This document shows, one piece after another, positions 35,647 through 44,702 of a stretch of DNA of 58,310 nucleotides. Below the pieces are notes generated by a model. It saw only the letters and a program-made list of their open reading frames with translations. It did not search any database and was not told where the DNA came from. Origin of the DNA: Candidatus Saccharimonadota bacterium. Its GTDB lineage: Bacteria; Patescibacteriota; Saccharimonadia; Saccharimonadales; UBA4665. Both the position numbers and the translations under genes were made by a program. Within the stretch, counting starts at the first letter, position 1. Every line of letters begins with the position of its first letter. Where the stretch lies: positions 1 to 58,310 of the forward strand of contig DAHWQR010000003.1 of the NCBI GenBank assembly GCA_027340655.1. Reading direction: 5' to 3'.

Positions 35647-37536
35647 ATGATGACGACTCAAGAAATCCGTACCGCCTACCTGGAGTTTTTTAAAGCCCGC
35701 GCTCACCAGGTAATTCCGCGCTCTTTACTGGTTCCTCAGGAGGATCCAACAACCCTGTTTACCGGCAGCGGTATGCAGCCCTTGCTGCCGTATTTGCTGG
35801 GTCAGGAACATCCGGCCGGGGTGCGTCTGGTCGACAGCCAAACTTGTCTTAGGGCCCAAGATATAGAGGAGGTTGGCGACAACCGGCATACTACCTTCTT
35901 TGAAATGCTTGGCAACTGGAGCCTTGGCGACTATTTTAAGCGTGAACAGATATCCTGGGTCTGGGAATTTATGACCGAGGTCGTCGGCTTAGATAAAGAG
36001 CGTATTTTCGTCAGTTGTTACAGCGGCAACCAAAAGCTTGGAATTCCCAAAGACGAGGAAAGCGCAAATATCTGGAGCGAAGTTTTAGCCAAGTCCGGCC
36101 TCGACACTAAGGCGGTAGACCTGATCAGTACCGATCAGGCAGCGACTTTAGGCGAGCAAGGCGGACGGATTTTCTTCTATGAAGACAAGAACTGGTGGTC
36201 CCGTTCCGGCGGCCCGGAGCAAATGCCGGACGGTGAACCCGGGGGTCCGGATACCGAACTGTTCTATCTCTACCCTCAAGTCAAACACAATCCGAAGTAC
36301 GGTAAATTCTGCCACGTTAATTGTGACTGTGGGCGCTACATCGAGCTCGGCAACTGCGTGTTCATGGAGTACCAGAAGACAAAAGACGGCTTTTCGAAAC
36401 TGCCCAAACGCAATGTCGACTATGGCGGCGGGCTGGAGCGGATTGCCGCGGCCGCACTAGATGATCCGGACGTCTATTCAGTTAGCGTAATGCGCCCGGT
36501 TATTGAAACGCTGGAGCGCTTGTCCGGAAAGACCTACGAGACCGCTACCACCCCGATGCGGGTGATTACCGACCATCTGCGGGCGGCAGTATTTCTAGCC
36601 GTGGACGGAGTTACGCCCAGCAATAAGGAACAGGGCTATGTAATGCGGCGCTTAATCCGCCGCGCGGTGCGTTTTGCCTTTGAACTTGGCATTGAACAAA
36701 ACTTTATTGAAGAAGTCAGCCGTACGGTAGCCGATCTCTATGAAGCCGATTTCCCTGAAATGGCCCAGAGACGAGCAAATGTCATAGAAACCTTAAACCG
36801 CGAAGAAAAACTATTCCGCCAGACCCTAAGGAAAGGACTTAAGCAGTTTGACAAACTGTCCGACAAGGGCCGTCTAAACGGCGAGGACATTTTTACCTTG
36901 TACGATACCTTTGGTTTCCCGGTTGAGTTGAGCGCCGAAGAAGCTGCCACAAGAGGCATTAAGCTTGAAGCGGACTGGAGAGAAGTTTTTAATCAACAGA
37001 TGAAGTTACAGCGTGAACGCTCACATACTGCCGCCAAGGGAACTTTTAAGGGCGGACTCGCGGGGCACGGCGACATCCACAAGAAATATCACACGGCTAC
37101 GCATCTGCTATATAAGGCCTTGCGCGACCAGCTGGGGGAAGGCGTCGTACAGCACGGCAGCAATATTACCGAAGAGCGCCTGCGTTTTGACTTCAGCTAT
37201 CCAAACAAACTAACTCCCGAGCAGATAAAGTCACTTGAGGAAGAAGTAAACCGGCAAATTGAACGCGATCTTGAGGTGTCCTGGGCAGAATATCCAACCA
37301 AGCAAGCGTTAAACGAAATGGGTGCTTTTGGCGCCTTTGGTGATCGCTACGGGGAAATGGTTAAAGTTTATGCTATGACTCCTAAAGGAGAGACCAAAGC
37401 GTATAGCTTGGAAGTCTGCGGCGGGCCGCATGTTGAACATACCGGGCAACTAGGCGAGGGCGGAAAACACTTTAAAATTATTAAAGAGGAGTCTTCTTCT
37501 GCCGGGATTAGACGGATTAAGGCAGTGTTGGCTTAA
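35647..37536 (+). CDS. alaS: Alanine--tRNA ligase, short form lacking the C-Ala domain
   Basis: The catalytic core contains FFKARAHQVIPRSLLVP, HTTFFEMLGNWSLGDYFK and YGGGLERI. The editing-domain metal ligands are HTATHLL and CGGPHV. The protein ends about 35 aa after CGGPHV and totals 629 aa. Confidence 0.9.
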   Translation: MMTTQEIRTAYLEFFKARAHQVIPRSLLVPQEDPTTLFTGSGMQPLLPYLLGQEHPAGVRLVDSQTCLRAQDIEEVGDNRHTTFFEMLGNWSLGDYFKREQISWVWEFMTEVVGLDKERIFVSCYSGNQKLGIPKDEESANIWSEVLAKSGLDTKAVDLISTDQAATLGEQGGRIFFYEDKNWWSRSGGPEQMPDGEPGGPDTELFYLYPQVKHNPKYGKFCHVNCDCGRYIELGNCVFMEYQKTKDGFSKLPKRNVDYGGGLERIAAAALDDPDVYSVSVMRPVIETLERLSGKTYETATTPMRVITDHLRAAVFLAVDGVTPSNKEQGYVMRRLIRRAVRFAFELGIEQNFIEEVSRTVADLYEADFPEMAQRRANVIETLNREEKLFRQTLRKGLKQFDKLSDKGRLNGEDIFTLYDTFGFPVELSAEEAATRGIKLEADWREVFNQQMKLQRERSHTAAKGTFKGGLAGHGDIHKKYHTATHLLYKALRDQLGEGVVQHGSNITEERLRFDFSYPNKLTPEQIKSLEEEVNRQIERDLEVSWAEYPTKQALNEMGAFGAFGDRYGEMVKVYAMTPKGETKAYSLEVCGGPHVEHTGQLGEGGKHFKIIKEESSSAGIRRIKAVLA

Positions 37537-37572
37537 AGCGCCAATTCTTAAGCCTTACTTAAGCGTTCTCGG

Positions 37573-37581
37573 TGCTATACT
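37573..37581 (+). promoter_or_regulatory. Extended -10 element (TGcTATACT) 12 nt upstream of the FtsA-like ATG
   Basis: Sequence cggTGCTATACTgtagaagttattATG. There is no SD in the short leader. Confidence 0.35.
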
Positions 37582-37593
37582 GTAGAAGTTATT

Positions 37594-38931
37594 ATGCTTA
37601 GCAAGCTCAAATCGGTCGGTAAAGATACGGCCACTAAACTAGTTTCGACCTCTAAAGGTAAACTACAGAATATTCGCTCTAAGGCCGCCAAGGGTCCAGC
37701 GGGTAACGATCACTTAGTGGCTCTAGATATTGGCACCGAATATATTAAAGCTCTGATCGGCAAGATTAATCCTGACGGCAGTATTGATGTTGTTGGCGTA
37801 GGGCGCAAGCACCAAGCCTTAAGCGACATGCAGGCGGGAGCGATTGCTGACATTGCAGGGGTTGTTGAAAACTGCGACGCTGCTCTAAATGAAGCCGAAC
37901 AACAAGCTGGAGTTAGTGTTCGCCCGGCAATTATTGGTATAGCCGGCGAACTGGTTAAAGGAACGACTACGACCATCCGAGTGGCCCGCAAAACCGCAGA
38001 TAAGACTATCGATTTAGAGGAAATGGAGCAGATCATCCGCTTGGTGCAGCAGCGAGCTGAAGCCCGCGCTAAACAACAGCTGGCCTGGGAAATGGGCGGT
38101 AAAGAAGTCGCCATCCGCCTGGTGAACAGTGCTCTTGTGAGTATCGAGATTGACGGCTATCCGGTAACTAACCCGATAGGTTTTCAAGGTAAAGACGTAG
38201 TGATTCAACTCTACACGGCATTCGCGCCAATGATTCATATTGGCGCTCTAGAGAAGACTGCCGAAGAACTGGACCTAGATTTAATTGCCGTGGCTGCCGA
38301 ACCCTTCGCTGTCGCCCGGGCGGTGATTGGCGATAAACAGAATCAGAACCTAAGCGCCATATTGATGGATGTTGGTGGCGGTACTACAGATATAGCGGTC
38401 GTCGATGACGGAGGAGTGCAGGGAACTAAAATGTTCGGTATCGGCGGACGCGCCTATACCCACGCCGTAGCTAGGGATATGGATGTCACCTTCGAACAAG
38501 CCGAGACCTTAAAACTGGGTTATGGCAACAACCAGCTGCCGCCCCAAAAGCGTCCGGCCGTTGAAACGGCGCTCGAAAAAACCGCCGATGTCTGGCTCAG
38601 CGGCATTGAATTAGCTTTGGCCGAATTCCCCAAACTCGATCATTTGCCTAACCGGATGTTTCTTTGCGGCGGCGGCGCCAGTCTGAGCATGCTGCTGGAT
38701 CGTCTGGAAGGGTCGGATTGGTATAAAAGCTTACCTTTCACCAGACGCCCGAGCGTGAACCTGATTCGCCCTAATCAAGTAGTTGGCATTACCGACACTA
38801 CCGGCAAAGTTAACGATCACACCTACATAACCGCAATGGGACTATTAAGAGTCGGCTTAGACACCATGCAGTTAAGCGGTAGCGATGGCGGCAGTATTCG
38901 TGAGAAACTAGATAGGATGTTAAGCGTTTAA
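37594..38931 (+). CDS. ftsA: FtsA-like actin-fold ATPase (cell division or PilM-like) with a basic N-terminal extension
   Basis: Actin-fold phosphate motifs are LVALDIGTEYIKALIG and LMDVGGGTTDIAVV. IIGIAGE and FLCGGGAS are also present, and the tail is short and amphipathic. About 40 extra K/S-rich residues lie at the N-terminus. Confidence 0.7.
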   Translation: MLSKLKSVGKDTATKLVSTSKGKLQNIRSKAAKGPAGNDHLVALDIGTEYIKALIGKINPDGSIDVVGVGRKHQALSDMQAGAIADIAGVVENCDAALNEAEQQAGVSVRPAIIGIAGELVKGTTTTIRVARKTADKTIDLEEMEQIIRLVQQRAEARAKQQLAWEMGGKEVAIRLVNSALVSIEIDGYPVTNPIGFQGKDVVIQLYTAFAPMIHIGALEKTAEELDLDLIAVAAEPFAVARAVIGDKQNQNLSAILMDVGGGTTDIAVVDDGGVQGTKMFGIGGRAYTHAVARDMDVTFEQAETLKLGYGNNQLPPQKRPAVETALEKTADVWLSGIELALAEFPKLDHLPNRMFLCGGGASLSMLLDRLEGSDWYKSLPFTRRPSVNLIRPNQVVGITDTTGKVNDHTYITAMGLLRVGLDTMQLSGSDGGSIREKLDRMLSV

Positions 38932-38934
38932 GCT

Positions 38935-40650
38935 ATGGCAGACAATAAGGAAACAATTTACGTAGATGTCGATGACGAAATAACCGTTATCATTGACAAG
39001 GTTAAAGCTGCAAATGCCAGAGTGCTGGCATTAGTCCTGCCAAAACGGGCCAGCGTCCTCCAGTCAATCGTCAACATGAAGCTCTTAAAGCGCTCTGCTG
39101 ACAACGAAAAGAAGAATCTGGTCCTGATCACTAGCGAAGCCGGACTATTGCCTCTGGCTGGCGCAGTAGGCTTGTACGTTGCCAAGACCCTTACCTCGGC
39201 CCCGGAAATTCCGCCTTCACCGGCCATCGGTAGCGATAGCGAAACTGTCGACGAGGACATGAGCGTCATCCCTCTCGAGCCGGAAGCAGAAGAGGAGACG
39301 CCGGATTTAACTAAAGAAGCCGGCTTGGCTACAAGTGTCGGAGCCCTCGATGACGCGGCTAAGCATACCTCAAAGAGCGACCAGGCCTTAGAAACTCTTA
39401 AACTTGATGACGAAGCAGAGCCCAAGCCGGAAGACGGCAAGAAAGTTAAAGCGCCTAAGGACAAGCATCTAAAGGTCCCAAATTTCGATCGTTTTAGGCT
39501 GTTTCTCATTTTAGGCATTGTTGTTATTATCGGGCTGATTGTGCTTGCGGTATTCGCTTTGTCTGTCTGGCCGCATGCAGAAATCTCAATTAAAACTAAC
39601 GCAACAAGCGTTAACACCAGCAATAGCATAACTTTGGATCCCCAAGCCACATCAGCGAACATCGCGAGTGGAGACATTCCAGCTACCCAGGTCAGCGAAC
39701 AGAAGACCTTTACCCAGACCGTGAATACTACCGGCCAGCAAAATACCGGCAACAGCGCCACCGGTTCGGTTACACTCACGGCATCAGATTGTAACCTGAC
39801 CTACCAAGGGAACACCAACTTTACAATCCCAGCTGGTACGGGGATCAGCTATAACAACCTGACGTACATTACTCAGAATGCCACTGTTATGGACTATAAC
39901 GGGCTTGATCACACAAAGACCTGTTTTCAGTACATCTCAAACGGCCCGACAAACATTACCGCGCAAAGCCCGGGCACCGCATATAACGCCCAAATTCAAA
40001 ACGCGACAGTTGCCGCCTATCCGGAAGTGGTAGCTAACGGTTCAGCCAGCGGCGGAACAGATGTATTTGTGCAAATTGTCTCCCAGGCAGACATTACCTC
40101 TGCAACAGCAAAGATTAACGCCAGTAATAATTCTACCGTGGAAGCCGACCTGGCTAGTCAATTAAGAGGACAAAACCTTTACCCAATAAACGTCACTTTC
40201 GCAGCCGGAAATCCGCAAATTACCTCTTCGCCCAGCGTCGGCGCTCAGGGTAGTACGGTTACGGTTACCGAAATTATTACCTTTACAATGTTTGGAGCAA
40301 AGCAATCGGACATTAATGCCATAGTTGATGCTAGCATTCAATCTCAGACCTCCAAGAACCAGAACATCATCTCTAACGGCGTAAACGAAGCCGCGTTTAA
40401 GCAGAACGGCACCAGCGGCACGACAGACGAGGTGACTTTAGCTACCACGGCGGTAGTCGGCCCCAGCATCTCCCCCGCGCAGATTAGGCAAGAAGTGAAG
40501 GGCAAGTCAGCCAATGCTGCAATTGCGGCCATTAAGCAAAACCCGGATATAACCAGCGTAACTATTAAATTAAGTCCCTTCTGGGTAACTTCAGTTCCCG
40601 GCAACACTTCTAAGATAACGGTCAATATTGCAAAACCAAGTACTAATTAA
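38935..40650 (+). CDS. Bitopic membrane protein of unknown function (cytoplasmic N-domain, acidic linker, TM helix, T/S/N-rich extracellular beta-rich region)
   Basis: A 571-aa ORF starting 4 nt after the FtsA-like stop. The TM helix is LFLILGIVVIIGLIVLAVFALSVW. The extracellular motifs ATGSVTLTASD...FTIPAGTGI faintly recall baseplate-J/gp47-like proteins, but this is unverified. Confidence 0.5.
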   Translation: MADNKETIYVDVDDEITVIIDKVKAANARVLALVLPKRASVLQSIVNMKLLKRSADNEKKNLVLITSEAGLLPLAGAVGLYVAKTLTSAPEIPPSPAIGSDSETVDEDMSVIPLEPEAEEETPDLTKEAGLATSVGALDDAAKHTSKSDQALETLKLDDEAEPKPEDGKKVKAPKDKHLKVPNFDRFRLFLILGIVVIIGLIVLAVFALSVWPHAEISIKTNATSVNTSNSITLDPQATSANIASGDIPATQVSEQKTFTQTVNTTGQQNTGNSATGSVTLTASDCNLTYQGNTNFTIPAGTGISYNNLTYITQNATVMDYNGLDHTKTCFQYISNGPTNITAQSPGTAYNAQIQNATVAAYPEVVANGSASGGTDVFVQIVSQADITSATAKINASNNSTVEADLASQLRGQNLYPINVTFAAGNPQITSSPSVGAQGSTVTVTEIITFTMFGAKQSDINAIVDASIQSQTSKNQNIISNGVNEAAFKQNGTSGTTDEVTLATTAVVGPSISPAQIRQEVKGKSANAAIAAIKQNPDITSVTIKLSPFWVTSVPGNTSKITVNIAKPSTN

Positions 40651-40659
40651 AACTGATTT

Positions 40660-41094
40660 ATGATGCAACAGTCTCAAACATCGGTTTTAGGGCTGGATAT
40701 CGGCAACGTCAGGATTGGAGTTGCCAGAGCATCCTGGCCGGACGGTATACCAACTAAACTAACCGTACTTACGAATGACTTAAACCTGAGCGGCGAATTA
40801 GCCAAACTGGTTGCCAGCGAGAATGCCATCCTCTTAGTCGCCGGACTGCCGCGGACCCTGGAAGGCAAAGAAACTAACCAAACCAGGCTGACACTTACGC
40901 TAGTCGACAAATTAAGACAGGAGCTCAAATTGCCAATCTACCTACAGGATGAAGCGGGGACTTCGCTTAAAGCCGAAGAGGAATTAAGGACTAACAATAG
41001 AACGTACCTCAAGTCGGACATCGATCAGCTAAGTGCTGTATATATTCTTGAAGACTTTATGAGCGAGCATAAGGGCGGTAAGAATCTTGGCTAA
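40660..41094 (+). CDS. ruvX: Putative pre-16S rRNA nuclease / Holliday junction resolvase-like protein YqgF
   Basis: N-terminal VLGLDIGNVRIGVA, central LLVAGLPRTLEG.E and DEAGTS. Size is 144 aa. Confidence 0.85.
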   Translation: MMQQSQTSVLGLDIGNVRIGVARASWPDGIPTKLTVLTNDLNLSGELAKLVASENAILLVAGLPRTLEGKETNQTRLTLTLVDKLRQELKLPIYLQDEAGTSLKAEEELRTNNRTYLKSDIDQLSAVYILEDFMSEHKGGKNLG

Positions 41095-42133
41095 CCGGCG
41101 TTCATTTAAGCGCGTGCCGATGAAAGTCTGGCTTAGCACGGCAATAGTTTTATTGCTATTAATTGGCAGTATAGTCGGGGTCAGATTGTTCTATGATGCG
41201 AACCTTGGAGCGCTTAGTTCGAATCCGAAGAGCGTTATTGTCACAATCCCGAGTGGCGCGAGCGTCAGCCAGATCGGCCAGCTGCTAAAGGACAAGGGCT
41301 TAATTAGATCAAGCTGGGTCTTTGATTGGTACGTGCACAGTACTAATACCAGCAGCAGCTTAGAGGCTGGAACATTTGCTTTATCGCCGAGCGACTCAAT
41401 GTCTAAAATTGTCGGAATAATTGCTTCCGGCCATGTGGCTGAAGGTACGGTAACCATTTTGCCCGGCAAGACAATCGCTCAAATTAAGGATACTTTGATT
41501 AACGACGGTTTTGCTCAGTCCGCGGTTATCTCGGCCCTAAATCCCGCTAATTACAAAAATTTGCCTGTTATTTCCTATCTGCCAAGCGGAGTTTCAACGC
41601 TTGAAGGTTTGCTCTTTCCCGACACTTTCGATAAAACCAGTACTACTAAACCAGCGCAAATAATAACTGAGTCGCTAAGTGAAATGGGCGACCACCTGAC
41701 ACCCGCTCTGAAGGCCCGCTATAGTGCCGAAGGCCTAAGTGTCTACCAAGCGATTACCCTGGCCTCGATTATCCAGCAAGAAGTAGCTAAACCGACCGAC
41801 ATGACTCAAGTCGCGCAGGTCTTTTTAACCCGGTTGAGCCGCGGATTACCGCTCGGTTCAGATGTTACGGCCAATTACGGATCAATCATTGCCAATCAGG
41901 CACCCTCTCTTAGTTATAACTCGCCCTATAACACCCTAATCAACCCCGGCTTGCCGCCAACCCCGATCGGCACAGTTAGCCAAAATGCGCTTGTTGCGGT
42001 GGCTAACCCGGCGCCCACTAATTGGCTGTACTTCGTTACTGGAGATAACGGTACAACCTATTTTGAAACTACAATTCAACAGCACAATGCGGACACCGCG
42101 GCCTACTGCCATAAACTTTGCGCGCTACCGTAG
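41087..42133 (+). CDS. mltG: Endolytic murein transglycosylase MltG (YceG family)
   Basis: An N-terminal TM helix plus LEGLLFPDTF, ITLASIIQQE and YNTLINPGLPPTPIG. Confidence 0.9.
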   Translation: MANRRSFKRVPMKVWLSTAIVLLLLIGSIVGVRLFYDANLGALSSNPKSVIVTIPSGASVSQIGQLLKDKGLIRSSWVFDWYVHSTNTSSSLEAGTFALSPSDSMSKIVGIIASGHVAEGTVTILPGKTIAQIKDTLINDGFAQSAVISALNPANYKNLPVISYLPSGVSTLEGLLFPDTFDKTSTTKPAQIITESLSEMGDHLTPALKARYSAEGLSVYQAITLASIIQQEVAKPTDMTQVAQVFLTRLSRGLPLGSDVTANYGSIIANQAPSLSYNSPYNTLINPGLPPTPIGTVSQNALVAVANPAPTNWLYFVTGDNGTTYFETTIQQHNADTAAYCHKLCALP

Positions 42134-42428
42134 TTCTAGAATTAGACCCCTGATTCTGCTAAAATTAAACAATCGTTATCTGGGGTAAATTAGAGCCATC
42201 CTCCAGGCAGCGATCACCCAAGGAGTAGTTATTAACCGGACTATTTCACACAGCCTAAACTTAGACGCGCTGTCTTTTAAGACGAATCCCCTAAAGCGTC
42301 TACTTAATGTCGCGTTAGGCGGAAAAAGAAAGAGCAGGCGTAAATTAATTAGAGCCAGTCTGTTATTAGGAGAGGCTATTCTATTACTTGGTGTTATTGC
42401 CTTTATCCGTGGCTCAACTAGCGCCCAA

Positions 42429-43358
42429 GTGTCCCAAACTAGCAGTAGTACGCTGCCCCTGTCACCGGCCGCTGCTAATGCAACGAGTGCATTGAGCCCA
42501 TTAGATCAGCTTTCTTCTGCGATGATCGCTTTAACTGTAGCCCGGCTGGCAAACCTACCGGAAACCACCGCAGTTACCAACCAGGCGGATAGCGAAATAG
42601 CCTTGCTCTCAGTAGCTACGGCAAATAACGATGTCATCTCTAAGCCTCAGGTTGTCGCTACTAACTATGTATCTAATCGGGATATTAAAGTTTACGTCGT
42701 TCAGCCAGGAGACAGCGTGGCTTCAATTGCGCAGAAGTTCAACCTGTCTACAAACAGTATCATCTGGTCGAACAATATTATTGGAAACTATATAGCGCCC
42801 GGTACCAAGCTTCTAATACCGCCCATTAACGGCATTGTATATACCGTTAAATCCGGAGACACGCCGGCTTCTCTGGCTCAAAAATACAGCTCCAATGAAT
42901 CATTGCTGGTTGCCTATAACGACGCCGAAATTAACGGTATTTACCCAGGAGAGCGAATTATTATTCCAAACGGCACTGAACCGGCAGCCGTTAGCTACGC
43001 CAACGTCCTCTATGGATGGGGCTCGGTAGCGACATACGGATTTAATGGCTATGACCCCGGACAGTGCACCTGGTGGGTGGCTAAACTAAGAGCCGAAGCC
43101 GGCAATCCGCTCCCGACTGATCTTGGTAACGCCTATACCTGGGGAATTAATGCCGAACGTTTCGGCTTGCCGGTCGGCACAACTCCTCAAGTCGGGGCTG
43201 CAGTTGTGACCTCTACGGTAGGTTATGGCCACGTCGCCTACGTGACGGCAGTCAATCCAGACGGAACGATTACGATAAGCGAAATGAATTACTACTTTAT
43301 TCCCTACGTGACGGATACCCGGGTCATACCGAGCTCCGGATTACTTTATATCTATTGA
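42429..43358 (+). CDS. LysM(x2)-CHAP peptidoglycan hydrolase (true start probably upstream, near 42231)
   Basis: The LysM repeats are YVVQPGDSVASIAQKF...LLIPP and YTVKSGDTPASLAQKY...IIIP. The CHAP Cys context is PGQCTWWVA and the His context is GYGHVAYVTAV. The frame is open back to 42189 and there encodes a basic stretch plus a TM helix. Confidence 0.8.
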   Translation: MSQTSSSTLPLSPAAANATSALSPLDQLSSAMIALTVARLANLPETTAVTNQADSEIALLSVATANNDVISKPQVVATNYVSNRDIKVYVVQPGDSVASIAQKFNLSTNSIIWSNNIIGNYIAPGTKLLIPPINGIVYTVKSGDTPASLAQKYSSNESLLVAYNDAEINGIYPGERIIIPNGTEPAAVSYANVLYGWGSVATYGFNGYDPGQCTWWVAKLRAEAGNPLPTDLGNAYTWGINAERFGLPVGTTPQVGAAVVTSTVGYGHVAYVTAVNPDGTITISEMNYYFIPYVTDTRVIPSSGLLYIY

Positions 43359-43425
43359 TGATTCAGCTAATCTTAGGTCATAATAGAGCTCTCCTAAAGG
43401 GAAAGTTGAAGTTGAGGCACTAATT

Positions 43426-44700
43426 GTGAATTTTATTGATCAGGCAACAGTGAGTGTAGAGGCTGGTAATGGCGGCGACGGTGGGGTTAGCTTTAGGCAT
43501 GAAAAGTTTATTTCCCGCGGTGGCCCGGACGGCGGCGACGGCGGTAATGGCGGCGACGTTATCCTTCGCGCTAGCTATAACCAGGATTCCTTAGCAACTT
43601 TTCGCTACACCAAGCAGTTGCATGCCGAACACGGTGCACCGGGCAGCGGTAGGCGCAAACACGGCAAAAGCGGGGCTGATTTAGTAGTCGAGGTTCCGGT
43701 AGGCACAGAAGCTAGAGACGATTCCGGCGTCATGGTGGCCGACCTTATTGAGGACGGTCAGAGCGAAATCGTAGCCCTCGGTGGGCGCGGCGGCTTTGGC
43801 AACGCCCATTTCGTCAGTTCGCGCCGCCAAGCACCGAATTTTGCCGAAAAAGGGGAGCCCGGCCAGAGTTTGCAATTAAATCTGGAACTGAAAATGTTGG
43901 CCGACGTCGGTTTAGTCGGACTGCCGAACGCCGGTAAGTCGACATTACTAGGCGCTATTAGCCACGCTCATCCGAAGGTAGCGGACTATCCATTTACAAC
44001 GCTTAACCCTTCGGTCGGAGTAGTAGACGTTGACCAAAAGAGCAGCTTGTTATTTGCGGACATTCCTGGGCTCATTGAGGGCGCCGCCAAAGGCAAGGGT
44101 TTGGGTCATGACTTTCTGCGCCATATTGAACGCACCTCGCTAATTATTCATGTCATCGATGCCTATACAAAGGATGTGGCTGAGGCCTACGAAACAGTGC
44201 GCAACGAGCTCAAGGCGTATAATCCGGATCTAGCAAAACGTCCCGAAATCGTGGCCATTAATAAGGTCGAGGGACTTGACGAAGAGATAACAAGTGATTT
44301 AGTAGCCAGCCTAAAAAGAGTTCTTAAACCTAAATCGACCAGGATATTTCTAATTTCCTCAAGGAGCGGGCAGGGATTAAGAGACCTAGTGTTTGCTGCT
44401 AAAGCCGCTAAAGACAAGGCAGCTAAGCAGGTTAAACCAAGTGCGCCGGAATTGTTCGAATACCGTCTGCCGGAAAGTAAAAGCCGCTGGAGCATAACGA
44501 ATCCGGCGGACAACAAGTACCTAATTAGCGGCACTCAAATTGAACGCTTTGCTCTTCGCACAGACTTTAATAACGAGCAGGCGGTTTCTAGACTGATGGA
44601 TATCTTACGCAAACTTGGCGTGCTCAGGGCTTTGGTCAAGCAGGGCATTAAACCGGGAGATAAGATAGATATTGCCGGCAAGGGCGAGATTATCTATTAG
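43426..44700 (+). CDS. obg: GTPase Obg/CgtA
   Basis: The Obg fold is FIDQATVSVEAGNGGDGGVSFRHEKF..GGPDGGDGGNGGDV. G1 is GLPNAGKSTLL and NKVE is present. A C-terminal OCT-like domain follows. The start is GTG. Confidence 0.95.
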   Translation: MNFIDQATVSVEAGNGGDGGVSFRHEKFISRGGPDGGDGGNGGDVILRASYNQDSLATFRYTKQLHAEHGAPGSGRRKHGKSGADLVVEVPVGTEARDDSGVMVADLIEDGQSEIVALGGRGGFGNAHFVSSRRQAPNFAEKGEPGQSLQLNLELKMLADVGLVGLPNAGKSTLLGAISHAHPKVADYPFTTLNPSVGVVDVDQKSSLLFADIPGLIEGAAKGKGLGHDFLRHIERTSLIIHVIDAYTKDVAEAYETVRNELKAYNPDLAKRPEIVAINKVEGLDEEITSDLVASLKRVLKPKSTRIFLISSRSGQGLRDLVFAAKAAKDKAAKQVKPSAPELFEYRLPESKSRWSITNPADNKYLISGTQIERFALRTDFNNEQAVSRLMDILRKLGVLRALVKQGIKPGDKIDIAGKGEIIY

Positions 44701-44702
44701 TT

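Noticed and set aside
38958-39779. 273-aa minus-strand ORF opposite the 571-aa membrane protein gene
   Set aside because: It is a low-complexity Ser/Leu/Thr-rich antisense translation. The + strand ORF is longer, spans the whole interval and is coupled to the upstream gene.
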